A stretch of 61,028 nucleotides of DNA from Nemertoderma westbladi. Lineage: Eukaryota > Animalia > Xenacoelomorpha. The position numbers and the translations under genes are program-made. Below, piece by piece: positions 1-12,200 of the stretch; the stretch's first letter is position 1; every line of letters starts with the position of its first letter. The DNA lies in assembly GCA_032718475.1 (NCBI GenBank), contig JAUCBJ010006294.1, forward strand, positions 1 to 61,028, in the 5' to 3' direction. Under the pieces are notes generated by a model that saw only the letters and a program-made list of their open reading frames with translations, searched no databases and had not been told where the DNA came from.

Positions 1-162
1 CATACGAATACGGAAAAGGCACAACGAAGACGCTTCTTCAGAACCACCTCGCTGAATTTCGTTGGAAGTCCACAAAGAATCGTCACTTTATAGTATTTGT
101 ACTGGTACTAGTGTGTTTTGTGCACAAATGTTATTTTGTGTTTTTTTTTATTTTATTAGTAA

Positions 163-581
163 GGCCCCCCTCACACGGAGCAACTTGTTTCTGCAACTTG
201 TTGCTGGACCCCCTCACACACAGAAACAAGTTGCTGCAACTTGTTTCTGCAACTTGTTTCAGCAACTAGTTACTGGACCCCCTCACACACAGAAACTTGT
301 TGCTCACGAAAATAACAAATTATCTCAAAACAAATAGCTAACATGTCCAGTCATATATATATAATATCAAATCGCTGCATTTATCGAATATTAGCTATAA
401 TATAACTTCCAGCAACTTGTTGCTGGACCCCCTCACACACAGAAATAAGTTGCGGAAACAAGTTGCAGAAACTTGTGTCTGGAGTCCTCACACACGGAAA
501 CAAGTTGCAACAACACGTTTCTGTGTGTGAGGGAGTCCAGCAACAAGTTTCAGAAACAAGGTGCTCCGTGTGAGGGGCGCC
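163..581. mobile_element. MITE-like element with ~80-bp imperfect terminal inverted repeats and internal sub-repeats
   Basis: Left end ggcccccctcacacggagcaacttgtttctgcaacttgttgctggacc matches the reverse complement of the right end (...ggagtccagcaacaagtttcagaaacaaggtgctccgtgtgaggggcgcc). No clean TSD, so the superfamily is not assigned. Confidence 0.7.
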
Positions 582-1509
582 AAGTGTTAAAAACAATTAC
601 TAACAACTATACATTTTTATTGCAGCTAGTGATTTTTATTAAATATATGATACAAAGACAACATAGAATAAAAAATTAACCTAATTTACAAATTACCTAG
701 TTTTTTGTTTTTTTGTTCTAGGACAAATAATATTTGTTCCAGAACAAAATTTTATATTAAATGAATAGATAATATGCTCTAAAACATTTTTTTTAAATGG
801 AAACAAAAACTAGCTAGTTTAAAAAATTTATACAAAGATAATATAGGTACAATAAAAAATGAAAAATATAAACAAATTAGCTTGTTTTTTCCTATTTTTT
901 TGTTCTAGAACAAATATTTTTTGTTCTAGAACATTTATTCAAAAAATGAACTAATTTAATTCAAAGTAATTGTCATGTGTAATGCATTGTTTAATTATCT
1001 ATAAACATTAATAGCTACCAATTTTTACGTTAGCTAGCGATTTTGCAAGTTGGCTATTATTTTTGAAACAGTAATTTTTTCAATTACCCTTATACTTTTC
1101 CTTTTATATTCCCACTACAACTACAACTTTATTTTATAAATTTATTCCAAAAACTGTATTATTGTTGCTGTGGTTACAGTTAAAATAAATATTACCCTTA
1201 CCCACCCCCCCCCCCCCCCCCCACATTTTTTTTTTATTTCAATCATATGCTACGAAATTTGGTATGATTTTTTTACTTTTTGCTTTTTTTTTTACTGATG
1301 GCAGAGCCGGATTTCACTATTTACGTATTTCTATACAACAAGCCTTTAAAAAACGCATTTTTAGCAATGTTTAACAATATCTGCTGGCTTTATATTTTGT
1401 GTTTTGAATGTAATCCGTAATCCAGATATCAAATTAGAATGGTTTGGTTTTGGCAATAATTTGGAATATAGGTGCCTAAGAAGCTATTCTACATGACAGG
1501 TCAGAAAAA

Positions 1510-1765
1510 TTGGCCTATGTGAAGAAAACCAGGATTTCACTTTTCGGTCGACTTTTTAATGGAATTTTATATATGAAGATTTTTTATTTTTTTTAATTTA
1601 TCTTTATTAAGTGTTTTATAGCGCTTATTTATGTCTTATAACCTGTACATATACTATTTCGTTTATTGTTTTGGTTAGATTCAGCCCTTCTGTAACCTGT
1701 GTTTTTGGTGAAAACCTGGTATTCTTCACATGGTGGTAAACTGCAAAGTGAAATATAACGGCAGT
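1510..1765. repeat. Dispersed repeat; inverted copy at ~12120-12398
   Basis: catgtgaagaatacca...ggttacagaagggctgaatctaaccaaaacaataaac...aaatcctggtattcttcacat at 12150-12390 is the reverse complement of 1515-1735. Confidence 0.75.
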
Positions 1766-2170
1766 GACTGTCTGGTATTCTTCACTACTTTTTTTTCGCT
1801 AATTAATATTAGTTAATACTAGTTAAAAATAAAAAATCACTTGGTTGCGCTTAAAACCCTAAGGCTTTTACAGTTTTGAATCTAATCACATGAAAGTTTT
1901 TTATGATAGATCAAAGATGGAAAAAATTTTGTGAAAGTATTTCTGCACCGCTAGGTTTGTTATAAATAGTATTAAATTTTATTAACAAAAAATTTCGAAA
2001 AGTTGTCTGATACTTTTATGCAGGGTGGAAATTTTCAGACTAATTGCTCAAAAATTGTAGAATTAGTAGGGTTTTGAAGTTGACAATTTCATAAAAAAAA
2101 TATTTGGAAATAATTGACCTTTCATTATACATAATAATAGTAATTTCAATAGGATTCCCTAAATGGAAAT

Positions 2171-3652
2171 GGGAACAGTTCCGTATGCAGTCGCATTTTT
2201 ATAACATAAATCATTGTTACCATGGCAATATTGTAGAGTTCTAGAACGAAATATAATTACTATACACTGACTATAGAACATAAATAAAATAAAAAATATA
2301 ATGTTCTGGAACATATAGCTAGTCATTTTTCAAATTTTAATTGGCTAGTAATTTTAAAATAAAACTACATTTTGGATAGTTCTTTTTACAGAACACAAGC
2401 GAACACACAAGAACACACTCCAAAAACTGCCGAACACAATCGAACACAGTCGAAAATAGAAAGAGCACAAAAAAATAACACCGGGTACCAACTTTTAGAT
2501 AAAATTAGCCACGCGTTGCTTTTCTATAAGAAAATTCCCGAAATTATTGAATAAAATTGTCGCGAAATTAAATATTCCTTTCTTATCAGGTAGGCCTATT
2601 ATTTGTTGTGTACTGCTGTACTGTATAACAAACTATGTAGGGAAACCTACCGGGAACCGTACCTGTCACATATATAGTAATAGCGGGTTAGCGACAGTAA
2701 TAGACCTGTTTGCCTGCGTACTGGAATAGCTTGGTCTGGGACTGATTGCTGAGGGTATGAATTAGGATGTTAGGCCCATTACCGTACGTACTGTACATGA
2801 ACGGTAACACGTCGGTACAACATAGGTACCGGTACCTACCTGCCTACTGCTGCACTGGAATATAAAGAGCTGGGTCCCGGTTAGGTACCTACCCTGGCAG
2901 GTACCGGTAGGGATCTCTGTCCCGGTGCTAACCACACTTAACTTAGGCCTATACTACTATGTTAAATTATTAGTTGTCGGCTTAGGCTAGGCCTGATCTG
3001 ATAAGAAATGAATATTTAATTTCGCGACAATTTTATTCAATAATTTCGGGAATTTTCTTATAGAAAAGCAACGCGTGGCTAATTTTATCTAAAAGTTGGT
3101 ACCCGGTGTTATTTTTTGTGCTCTTTCTATTTTCGACTGTGTTCGATTGTGTTCGGCAGTTTTTGGAGTGTGTTCGGGTGTGTTCTACTGTGTTCGCTTG
3201 TGTTCTGTAAAAAGATATATCCCTACATTTTTATAACATAAATCATTGTTACCATGCAAAAAATGGAAACTGCAATAATATCATCAATATTTTTGTTCAT
3301 TACGGTATATGCATCAGTTTAAACCTGATATATCAATGTTTTCACATTTTTTATAATTACAAAAAATACTAGCTAGTAAAAAAAACACTAGCTACCATAA
3401 AAAACATATCTACTAATGTTCTAGAAAACAAAAAATTTCAGTATTTTTAGAAAATAAAAAAAAAATGATTATATATAATAAATCATGTTTTCTTGAAAAA
3501 TTACTAGCTAGTCGATTAGCTAATATTCTAGAACATAATATTTTTTTGAAAATGTTGCAATGAAGTCAGTGGTGATATTACTATGCAAAAAGTACATAAT
3601 TTCATTTATTAATATCAAAATATCAAATGCGACTGCATACGGAATTCTAGCC
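2171..3652. mobile_element. Non-autonomous TIR DNA transposon (element B) with 8-bp TSD
   Basis: ~28-bp imperfect TIRs sharing ttccgtatgcagtcgcattt. TSD atggaaat at 2163-2170 and 3653-3660. The empty site cctaaatggaaattgttataac is present in the paralogous copy at ~31361. Confidence 0.85.
2374..3222. mobile_element. Mutator-like/foldback non-autonomous transposon (element C) with ~220-bp TIRs and 9-bp TSD
   Basis: 2374-2597 is a near-perfect inverted repeat of ~2988-3222. TSD ctacatttt at 2365-2373 and 3223-3231. Long TIRs with a 9-bp TSD are typical of MULEs. Confidence 0.85.
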
Positions 3653-4120
3653 ATGGAAATTGCTATAACTTGAAAACTAAAAGAGCTATTAAATAGCGGT
3701 TTTCAGATTCGGAAACACCATTTAATCTTGCATTATAATAGATTATAAAAATAATTTTGACATATTTTGGACAAAAATAGAGTACCCCGCACCCCCCCCC
3801 CCCCCCCCCCCCCCTTTAAATGGAAAAATAAAATTGAAAAATTCGGATTTCATTTCATCCCACCAAATTTCACAACATTCGATGGAAATTTTAAAAAATA
3901 TTTGGGTGTGGGAGCAGTGAGTTGTTTTCAAATTGTTATACTTTATATGCTATATAAGGAAATTATATAATTATGATAAGTTACTTTATTTTTAACCCAA
4001 AGCACTTTTGATTTGATTTGGCCTATATTGGTAGCTCTAACCTATTTTAGTAACTATAACTTAATTTGTTATAAATGTGCCGTTGAAACGGTTACAGCAG
4101 TCTAGCCCTAGTGATCTGAT

Positions 4121-4297
4121 ATGCCCCGTATTCCTCGAGCAATACGATTACATTACTTCCTCTCGGCGTTCGAACAATGGGATTGGCGATGCATGCTTCT
4201 GCTCGATCCGTGCTGTATGACAGTGGATCTATACGGCGTCGCCGCTGCCTTTATCTACCTGGAACGGGCTGGTATAGATAGACCGGGAATATTTCAG
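4121..4297 (+). CDS. SPDY: Speedy/RINGO (Spy1) family CDK activator, coding exon 1
   Basis: ATG preceded by an in-frame TGA. LLLDPCCMTVDLYGVAAAFIYLERAG resembles the Speedy box start (FLxxDxCxxxxDKYLLAMxFxYFxRA). Ends CAG|GT, phase 0. Confidence 0.8.
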
Positions 4298-4873
4298 GTA
4301 CCGAACAAACAATTATACCTTCTACTGTACTATATACTTTTAAGCTTCTATAAACCATGTAATAAAACTTTTCAAAAATCCATTGAATGATTCAATAATT
4401 GAAATTTTTTATGAATAATGATAAGCAGTAAGTACATAGTAGTAAGTAATTTCCATCTTTTTTTATCACGATAATTAATATCTCCGATGTTAATTAGTTT
4501 GGTAACAGATTTTACATAAGAAGATTAAGTTATTATCAAAATTTTTATTTAAAATTTTCCAGAATTACATCGAAATTATAACTTGTTATGTTTATTATAA
4601 TATCGACAAATTATTATTATAACAACTCAAAAAAAAGACATTTTGGCGCTCTTTTCGGTTGGCGCAAAGTTGTATATTTTATTTTATTTTATTACAATAT
4701 TGGGAAGGGGAAGGGGGTGTCATGTCATCTGAATAGGAAGGACTCGAAATTACGGTTGATGTGGTAAGGATTAGATTATCTCACTGATACCCACTATAAG
4801 CCTATACAATTATATAACATGTGATTTGTTGATATTTGAATTTTTACGTAACATATAAGTGATTATTTTTTAG

Positions 4874-5029
4874 ATTGCCGTTGCTTTGTATTTGTTCCAC
4901 GATGTGGAAGATGATTCAATAATTACTCCGTGGAATTTATTGCCAATATATTTATTTCGCAAAATGTCCGTGCAATGCAACAAACGGGCCAGGAAAGTCT
5001 TCATGGGTAATCGATTTGAGTTATTCAAG
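4874..5029 (+). CDS. SPDY: Speedy/RINGO family, exon 2
   Basis: ttttag| ... AAG|GTGATT, 156 nt, phase 0-0. IAVALYLFHDVEDD resembles Speedy FxALYLANxxEED. Confidence 0.85.
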
Positions 5030-5281
5030 GTGATTCATAAATAAATAAAAACAAAAATAATAAATAATCAAACTACAGTCTTACAGGGGGCCTGACGTCG
5101 CCAATTCTCAGCTATTTCTAAACGAAATTCAGATTTGCATAAGGCCGGGCATCTTTTCGTCCGAAAAAAGTGCAAAGAGCGCAAAAAGTTGGTTTTTTTT
5201 AGCCTCTGTCCAAGAGCGAAGCGACTTGTTACTTCATATATTGTATATGTATATTTGAGAAATCTGTTGACTTTATTGCAG

Positions 5282-5407
5282 ATGATGGAGTGGCGAGGCC
5301 AAGTCTCCGAGGAAGAATTTAAGATAGTGTTTGCAATGGCTAAAGGGCATTGGTTGATGGCACGTCAACGACAGGATAACCATGGAATGGCTGTCAGTTA
5401 CGATAAC
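5282..5407 (+). CDS. SPDY: Speedy/RINGO family, exon 3
   Basis: ttgcag| ... AAC|GTAGG, 126 nt. MMEWRGQVSEEEFKIVFAMAKGHWLMARQRQDNHGMA resembles Speedy xYRAxVSRxxCEEVMAIxPxHxxWxRxRxxHHxGA. Confidence 0.85.
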
Positions 5408-5838
5408 GTAGGCCATATTATGTTATATTATGTTCTTAAACTATTCCGCCTTGATGTCATACGAACATCACTGTACTAAATAGACACAGACATAACGAAC
5501 GTAGAGGGGAGGGGGGGGGGGGGGGGGGGGGGGGCTGTTAAAGTTAATCTCCCTCCGAAAAGTGGAAAGATAGGTGAACAAACTAAAACACTTTTCGTTA
5601 AGAGACATTGTCACTGTAATAAATTGTTATAGCACACGCATAGACGAAGGGACACCCGTCTATCTATAAGTAGTCCATTGCTTTACGTCCTGTTAATTGT
5701 GATTCAAACTTATCAGTTACCACTCCAAACATTCCCTAACAATGCTTGCATGATCTCAAATATTAACATTTCCTCTCTAAACGTTTCTATTAATTTCATT
5801 TATTGGTACGTTATGTCGACCTAATTCTTGTATTTTAG

Positions 5839-6014
5839 CACGACAAATGCAGCATTTGTGGGTACAAGATAGCACTAAGTATAGCATCACCCAAGTACTG
5901 GGACAACAACTACTACCCTGCGAACCGAGAAAGGTCAGAGAGAAAGGCTAGGAGTAGGCCTAAACTTAAGAGGAACCTAGGGACAGCGTCTGGTGTAGAG
6001 AGGTCTAGATCAAG
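5839..6014 (+). CDS. SPDY: Speedy/RINGO family, exon 4 (its last 38 nt are the first unit of the 71-bp array)
   Basis: ttttag|CAC, open frame HDKCSICGYK...GTASGVERSRS, including the CxxC that follows the Speedy box. Ends AAG|GTGAGA, phase 2. Confidence 0.8.
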
Positions 6015-7762
6015 GTGAGAAAGTTTCATAGCGTTAATATACCAGTACTAGGGACAGCGTCTGGTGTAGAGAGGTCTAGATCAAGGTGAGAAAGTTTCAT
6101 AGCGTTAATATACCAGTACTAGGGACAGCGTCTGGTGTAGAGAGGTCTAGATCAAGGTGAGAAAGTTTCATAGCGTTAATATACCAGTACTAGGGACAGC
6201 GTCTGGTGTAGAGAGATCTAGATCAAGGTGAGAAAGTTTCATAGCGTTAATATACCAGTACTAGGGACAGCGTCTGGTGTAGAGAGGTCTAGATCAAGGT
6301 GAGAAAGTTTCATAGCGTTAATATACCAGTACTAGGGACAGCGTCTGGTGTAGAGAGGTCTAGATCAAGGTGAGAAAGTTTCATAGCGTTAATATACCAG
6401 TACTAGGGACAGCGTCTGGTGTAGAGAGGTCTAGATCAAGGTGAGAAAGTTTCATAGCGTTAATATACCAGTACTAGGGACAGCGTCTGGTGTAGAGAGG
6501 TCTAGATCACAAGGTGAGAAAGTTTCATAGTGTTAATATACCAGTACTATGGACAGCGTCTGGTGTAGAGAGGTCTAGATCAAGGTGAGAAAGTTTCATA
6601 GCGTTAATATACCAGTACTAGGGACAGCGTCTGGTGTAGAGAGGTCTAGATCAAGGTGAGAAAGTTTCTTAGCGTTAATATACCAGTACTAGGGACAGCG
6701 TCTGGTGTAGAGAGGTCTAGATCAAGGTGAGAAAGTTTCATAGCGTTAATATACCAGTACTATGGACAGCGTCTGGTGTAGAGAGGTCTAGATCAAGGTG
6801 AGAACATTTCATAGCGTTAATATACCAGTACTAGGGACAGCGTCTGGTGTAGAGAGGTCTAGATCAAGGTGAGAAAGTTTCCTAGCGTTAATATACCAGT
6901 ACTAGGGACATCGTCTGGTTTAGAGAGGTCTAGATCACAAGGTGAGAAAGTTTCATAGCGTTAATATACCAGTACTAGGGACAGCGTCTGGTGTAGAGAG
7001 GTCTAGATCAAGGTGAGAAAGTTTCATAGCGTTAATATACCAGTACTAGGGACAGCGTCTGGTGTAGAGAGGTCTAGATCAAGGTGAGAAAGTTTCATAG
7101 CGTTAATATACCAGTACTAGGGACAGCGTCTGGTGTAGAGAGGTCTAGATCAAGGTGAGAAAGTTTCATAGCGTTAATATACCAGTACTAGGGACAGCGT
7201 CTGGTGTAGAGAGGTCTAGATCAAGGTGAGAAAGTTTCCTAGCGTTAATATACCAGTACTAGGGACATCGTCTGGTTTAGAGAGGTCTAGATCACAAGGT
7301 GAGAAAGTTTCATAGCGTTAATATACCAGTACTAGGGACAGCGTCTGGTGTAGAGAGGTCTAGATCAAGGTGAGAAAGTTTCATAGCGTTAATATACCAG
7401 TACTAGGGACAGCGTCTGGTGTAGAGAGGTCTAGATCAAGGTGAGAAAGTTTCATAGCGTTAATATACCAGTACTAGGGACAGCGTCTGGTGTAGAGAGG
7501 TCTAGATCAAGGTGAGAAAGTTTCATAGCGTTAATATACCAGTACTAGGGACAGCGTCTGGTGTAGAGAGGTCTAGATCAACGTGAGAAAGTTTCATAGC
7601 GTTAATATACCAGTACTAGGGACAGCGTCTGGTGTAGAGAGGTCTAGATCAAGGTGAGAAAGTTTCATAGCGTTAATATACCAGTACTAGGGACAGCGTC
7701 TGGTGTTGAGAGGTCTAGATCACAAGGTGAGAAAGTTTCATAGCGTTAATATACCAGTACTA
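5977..7762 (+). repeat. Tandem array, 71-bp unit x ~25, spanning the exon 4/intron junction
   Basis: Unit ctagggacagcgtctggtgtagagaggtctagatcaag|gtgagaaagtttcatagcgttaatataccagta; period measured 5981->6052. Confidence 0.97.
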
Positions 7763-8079
7763 TTATTATACTATTCATGTAATAAACTGTATATTGCTGT
7801 TACATAGGCCTAAAAAATATGCCGCACTGGGGTGCGGACCATAACAATATATTGCCGGTGTTCTCGGAAGGGAGTTGATGAAAGTCAAACCATGGTGTTG
7901 GACTTGCCCCGAGAGCTGATTCTTCAAAAAAACACCACCCAACCCCCACTATGGATTTTATTAGTATTGTAAGGTCCGGCCAGTAGAGACTAGTGGAATT
8001 CCCGGACACAATTTACCTCACAAGCGTCAGTTGTCTCATGACCGAGTGCCTGTCATACCCCTAATTGAGAGAGACCTAG

Positions 8080-9130
8080 CAGACAAGTTTCACTTTAGCG
8101 CCGTAGGCGTTCAAGAGCACAGAATGCTGACTGGGTAGATTGATGAGGTTCTGATTAATTGATAAGTATATGGGAGGTGGTTGGCTACAGATGTCAACAG
8201 ATGACATTGGTAATGGAGGAATTGATGAAACCATTGATGAAACTAACTGCACATGCAGGATGCAGCATTTCACAAAATAGACTAAATCACCAACCGCATC
8301 ATCCGTTGCCACTTGCCATGTTCTGGAAGACTGGCTAAGAAGTTTTCTATAGCGGTTCTGATTATGTGCTATTCACCAAGAGTTTTACTCCAGTAGAGGA
8401 GGTAGATATTTCTACCAGTCTACAAGCAGCTGCTGATGGAGTTGATCAGCATGCATTATTAACTTTCCTGGGTGACTTTAATGCAAATCTGCATCAGTCA
8501 ACCACATCGCCCTGGGTTTATCTATACCAATAGTGGTAACCGAAATTCCTTCCATCTTTAGGATTAAATATCTAGAAATGGTTTGTTTTCGGCTGTAACC
8601 CAGTTCAAGAAGCAAACAGGAAAGCCACGCGGACTTACACTGTACCAAATGGCCATAAGTCCCAGATAGTCTATATGCTATTTACACTTCATCCATTCTC
8701 CAGAGAACATTGTCTTATTAAGGCCAAGGTAATACATAGATAGGCTCGGAGCAAGCAGCACTAAGAAATCTGCCCCGCCAGGGCATGATTGGCCCTCTCT
8801 GTGCAACAGACCAGTGTAGATCCAGTTTCACACTACAGCTGAGAAACATGTATGAAAGGCTCTCATTCTGAGGTTTCAGATCACTGCTACGGATTGCTCT
8901 ACTGCTTTCACAGAAGCAGTTAAGTAAGTTAGCAGATGCCTTCCAAACAGAAGCTCATGTCCCCCTGGGCTGACCACAGAATTCTGAAGTGTTGAAAGGA
9001 CCTCTCTAAGGCGCAGTATGAGTCCTGCCAGCTCGGGCACACTAGATCTGCCAAGGATGCCGTTAAGGCTGCATCTACGTTCGTTAACAAGCACTACTCT
9101 GATAATCTGAAGGAGCTTATCAATAAGCAC
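8080..9130 (+). mobile_element. Degenerate non-LTR retrotransposon (LINE) remnant, AP-endonuclease region
   Basis: FLGDFNA at 8465-8485 and PNGHKSQI at 8645-8668 match LINE endonuclease motifs. Frames are broken and boundaries are approximate. Confidence 0.55.
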
Positions 9131-9194
9131 TACATTATTATAATAATCCTTTACAATTAATATATCTCTAACATTTATTTACTGTTTTCTTTAG

Positions 9195-9228
9195 CAACAA
9201 AAGACAGACTTCAACTCAGTCATATGGG
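9195..9228 (+). CDS. SPDY: Probable Speedy exon 5 (34 nt)
   Basis: ttttctttag| ... GGG|GTGAGT. Phase-2 start is compatible with exon 4 and the frame is open (SNKRQTSTQSYG). Further exons may lie at ~10232-10545 but are unresolved. Confidence 0.55.
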
Positions 9229-12200
9229 GTGAGTAGGCATATAAAGAAATAATACAGTTGGAGATCAAGTCACTACGTAGGTTTATTTTTACGACTAAAT
9301 GCCTCCCGGAAAGATCCCATTACAATAATGATGTAACTTTGATCAAGGGTTGTCTCGATATTTTGTAATATTGGCTCTTGAGTGATTAGGCTTAATTTTC
9401 GTAATTTTGTATAATTGGCAAGTATATTTGTTGTTTACAGTGGAGACACATTATTATAATGATTGCAAGTGCTCAATATTGGCCCTTAAACTAAATTATG
9501 AGATTCCACTGTAAAGAAGTTCAATAATTTCCACCAAATTCCACTTATTTGTTTTGATTTAACAATTGTTTATGATATGATACAGTATAAGATATATGAT
9601 ATAATGGGTACCTACATTTTTGGGAACAAGGGTTCTTGAGCTCGAAAAATCAGATAGGTGAGGTTACATGCCCCCGTTTAGTAAAGAAGTTGTGCAAATA
9701 AGCCAAAATGGTATTTAAATAGTTAAATAATTATACATATTTCCGTTGTTCTGGAAACCAATTGGTAACTATGTAAAACATTATAGTTCAGTCAATCGAT
9801 AGTCATTGGACTAAAGATTGTCTCTACCAAATTTTGGTAGAGACTATGTAGGACCTAAAATCCATGTTGCTAATGTTAGCAACAGGAAATTGCAAGTTAT
9901 CCGCATAATGCATATCATATTTTATAGATTTTTCGGGGTATTGGCAAGATAATGCAGAACAAATAAAATATGGTTCGTATGAATTGCGAATTAGTTTTGG
10001 GTTAGGCCTACTCACTCTTTTTTATTACATTGACTATAAAAAAGTACTTATTAGAGCAATGCATTTTTGCAATTTTGGTGAGTATGAAGGCAAAATGGTT
10101 TCAATGCAAGATGCTTTCAATGTAAAATACTATTATCGCAAAATGCCCACCCACATGAATTTCGAAATGGCACGCCTTCTTTTTAATATTTAAATTCTTT
10201 AAATTTGTCTAAGTTTTAATGTTTTGTCCAGACAGTTTCAAGCTGGGCTTCCGAAACAATCACGTCCCGTTCACTGAAAATTGTGATGGGCGGTTTAATT
10301 CCTTGTTGCATATATTGTGTCCTTGTCAGCTGCTAGTTTATGTTCAATTAAATGCCATTATTATATAAATTATACTGTAGGTTGTGCAGTCTGTGAACCG
10401 GCGAAGGCGAAATAAAGGCAAGTCACGCAAGGGCGTAAAGCGCAATAAACAAGATTCGGGAAAGTCTAGGGGACGTACAAGGAAAGGCTACAGCTGCAGT
10501 GGAACAAGTTCGATAGCTGAAACACCAGATAGTTTCACTTAAGAAAATTAAAGTAATGATCACCATTACACTAAGTAGAGGCCTAATGTAAACCATAGCG
10601 TCTACGTGACTACTTTATTGATCTTGTGAATTCGCATATCTTAGTGAAGTGATGTACGCCCTTTACATCGTCTGTGGAATAATATAATAAGAATGGTAGA
10701 ATCTAATACATTCATATACATAGATACTGAGAGCTGCTAGTTAACATACACTGAATATACCAATGTTATACAGTAACTCATTCAAGAAATACGCTTAGGC
10801 AGTGAAAGAGGTCCCAGAGGTAGCGTATTGAAAAAAATGAAAAATAGTAAAACTTTTTATTACGGAACTAGGGAATATATTAATAGTAACCTGTACACAG
10901 TAACGCAGTGTAAGCCTAAATATTTGCTAAATTTAAAATTGCTAGTGCTAGGATACCACATCTTACTTAACTGATCATAAATATTAAGTGGTGCATTCCA
11001 CAATATTAGCCTTATTCTGACAAAAATTTTTGTTTCAAACCTCACCCACTAATACGTTTTTCAAAAACAGCTGTGATGAGTATAGAATACGGCCATGATA
11101 GTGGAAAACCACACGTATCCATTTGTTACAAGATAATCAATAAGCAACAATGTACCATACTGTTACAATGTTTTTGATGGGCTACAGGCGGGACGGGACA
11201 AGTTTCACTGGGTAAATTAAAGCTAAATGTGGGACAAGTCCAGCCCTAGTAGGGGCTCACTACCTGTTAATTCATGATAAAAACATGTTGCCATGGTGTC
11301 GACACATTTCAGTGTAGCCTAGACTGTAGATACCAATTTAATTCAGTCTCATAGAAAAATCTTTGTTTCCACAATTAGTTTTTGAGTTAGTTAGTTTTAT
11401 GAGTTACTGAAAGTTAACATTATTAGGAACCGCCTACAGGTTACTGTATGTTACTTTCCTGTAAGTTTTGCTTAATTCTAGAAATAAAACCGTGTTGACA
11501 GTGAATGGAGCGACTGAGCGATCGAAATTAAAACGGCTCAAATTATTTTCCTAATTGTTTGACCATAGATACGTAGCCCAAATGTAAGGTCACCCGCGCT
11601 TTTCAGACCCAAGGGGCGAGTGGTCCACGAATGGGACGCTCTGATTGACCGTAACTGAAACTCGATAAATCCCATAGAATGACCCCATCTATGGGTCACG
11701 ATCCATAGTTAGGGCAGGGGTCTATAGGTATGGGAGTTCCCATATCGGCCAAAACCATGGAACATACTGTACTGTAATAAATCTCGACTAGACTTTAAAC
11801 GAAACTTATCCAGAGCATGCGAAGTAATGAGTTTAGTTGTGTGTTAGTTACAGTCTTGTGTGTTAGATCAGTCTTGTGAGTTACGGAAAATTGCATTATT
11901 GTGTGTTAGTTGCAGTCTTAAGATTTACTGAAAGTTACAGTCTGGTATGTTAGTCATAGTGTGTTGTGAGTTAGTTATCCAGCATTGCCTTGATTATTTT
12001 TTAAAAACTCTAGAAATCCGCAACGGCTTTTGATAATTAAACGGTATTTTTATATAGAATTTTCTATCATCTGAAAGGCCTTAGGACCATTTCTAAGGCC
12101 CATGTGATGAATACAAGACTTTTTGCCGTTATATTTCACTTTTCAGTTACCCCATGTGAAGAATACCAGATTTTTTTTTTTTACAAAAAATCAGGTTACA

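Larger units (their letters stand above)
1485..3725. repeat. Dispersed repeat (host element A), interrupted here by nested insertions; uninterrupted copy at ~30938-31435
   Basis: tattctacatgacaggtcagaaaaat, the block at 1797-2170 and the block at 3653-3722 align colinearly with 30938-31435. Confidence 0.8.

Noticed and set aside
6490-7730. 36-nt in-frame pseudo-exons from the +CA variant of the 71-bp unit
   Set aside because: In the phase-2 frame they contain GTC TAG, so they cannot be productive coding exons.
10232-10545. Terminal Speedy exons
   Set aside because: Acceptor-like sites and a basic coding-like stretch are present, but no unambiguous phase-consistent model could be built.
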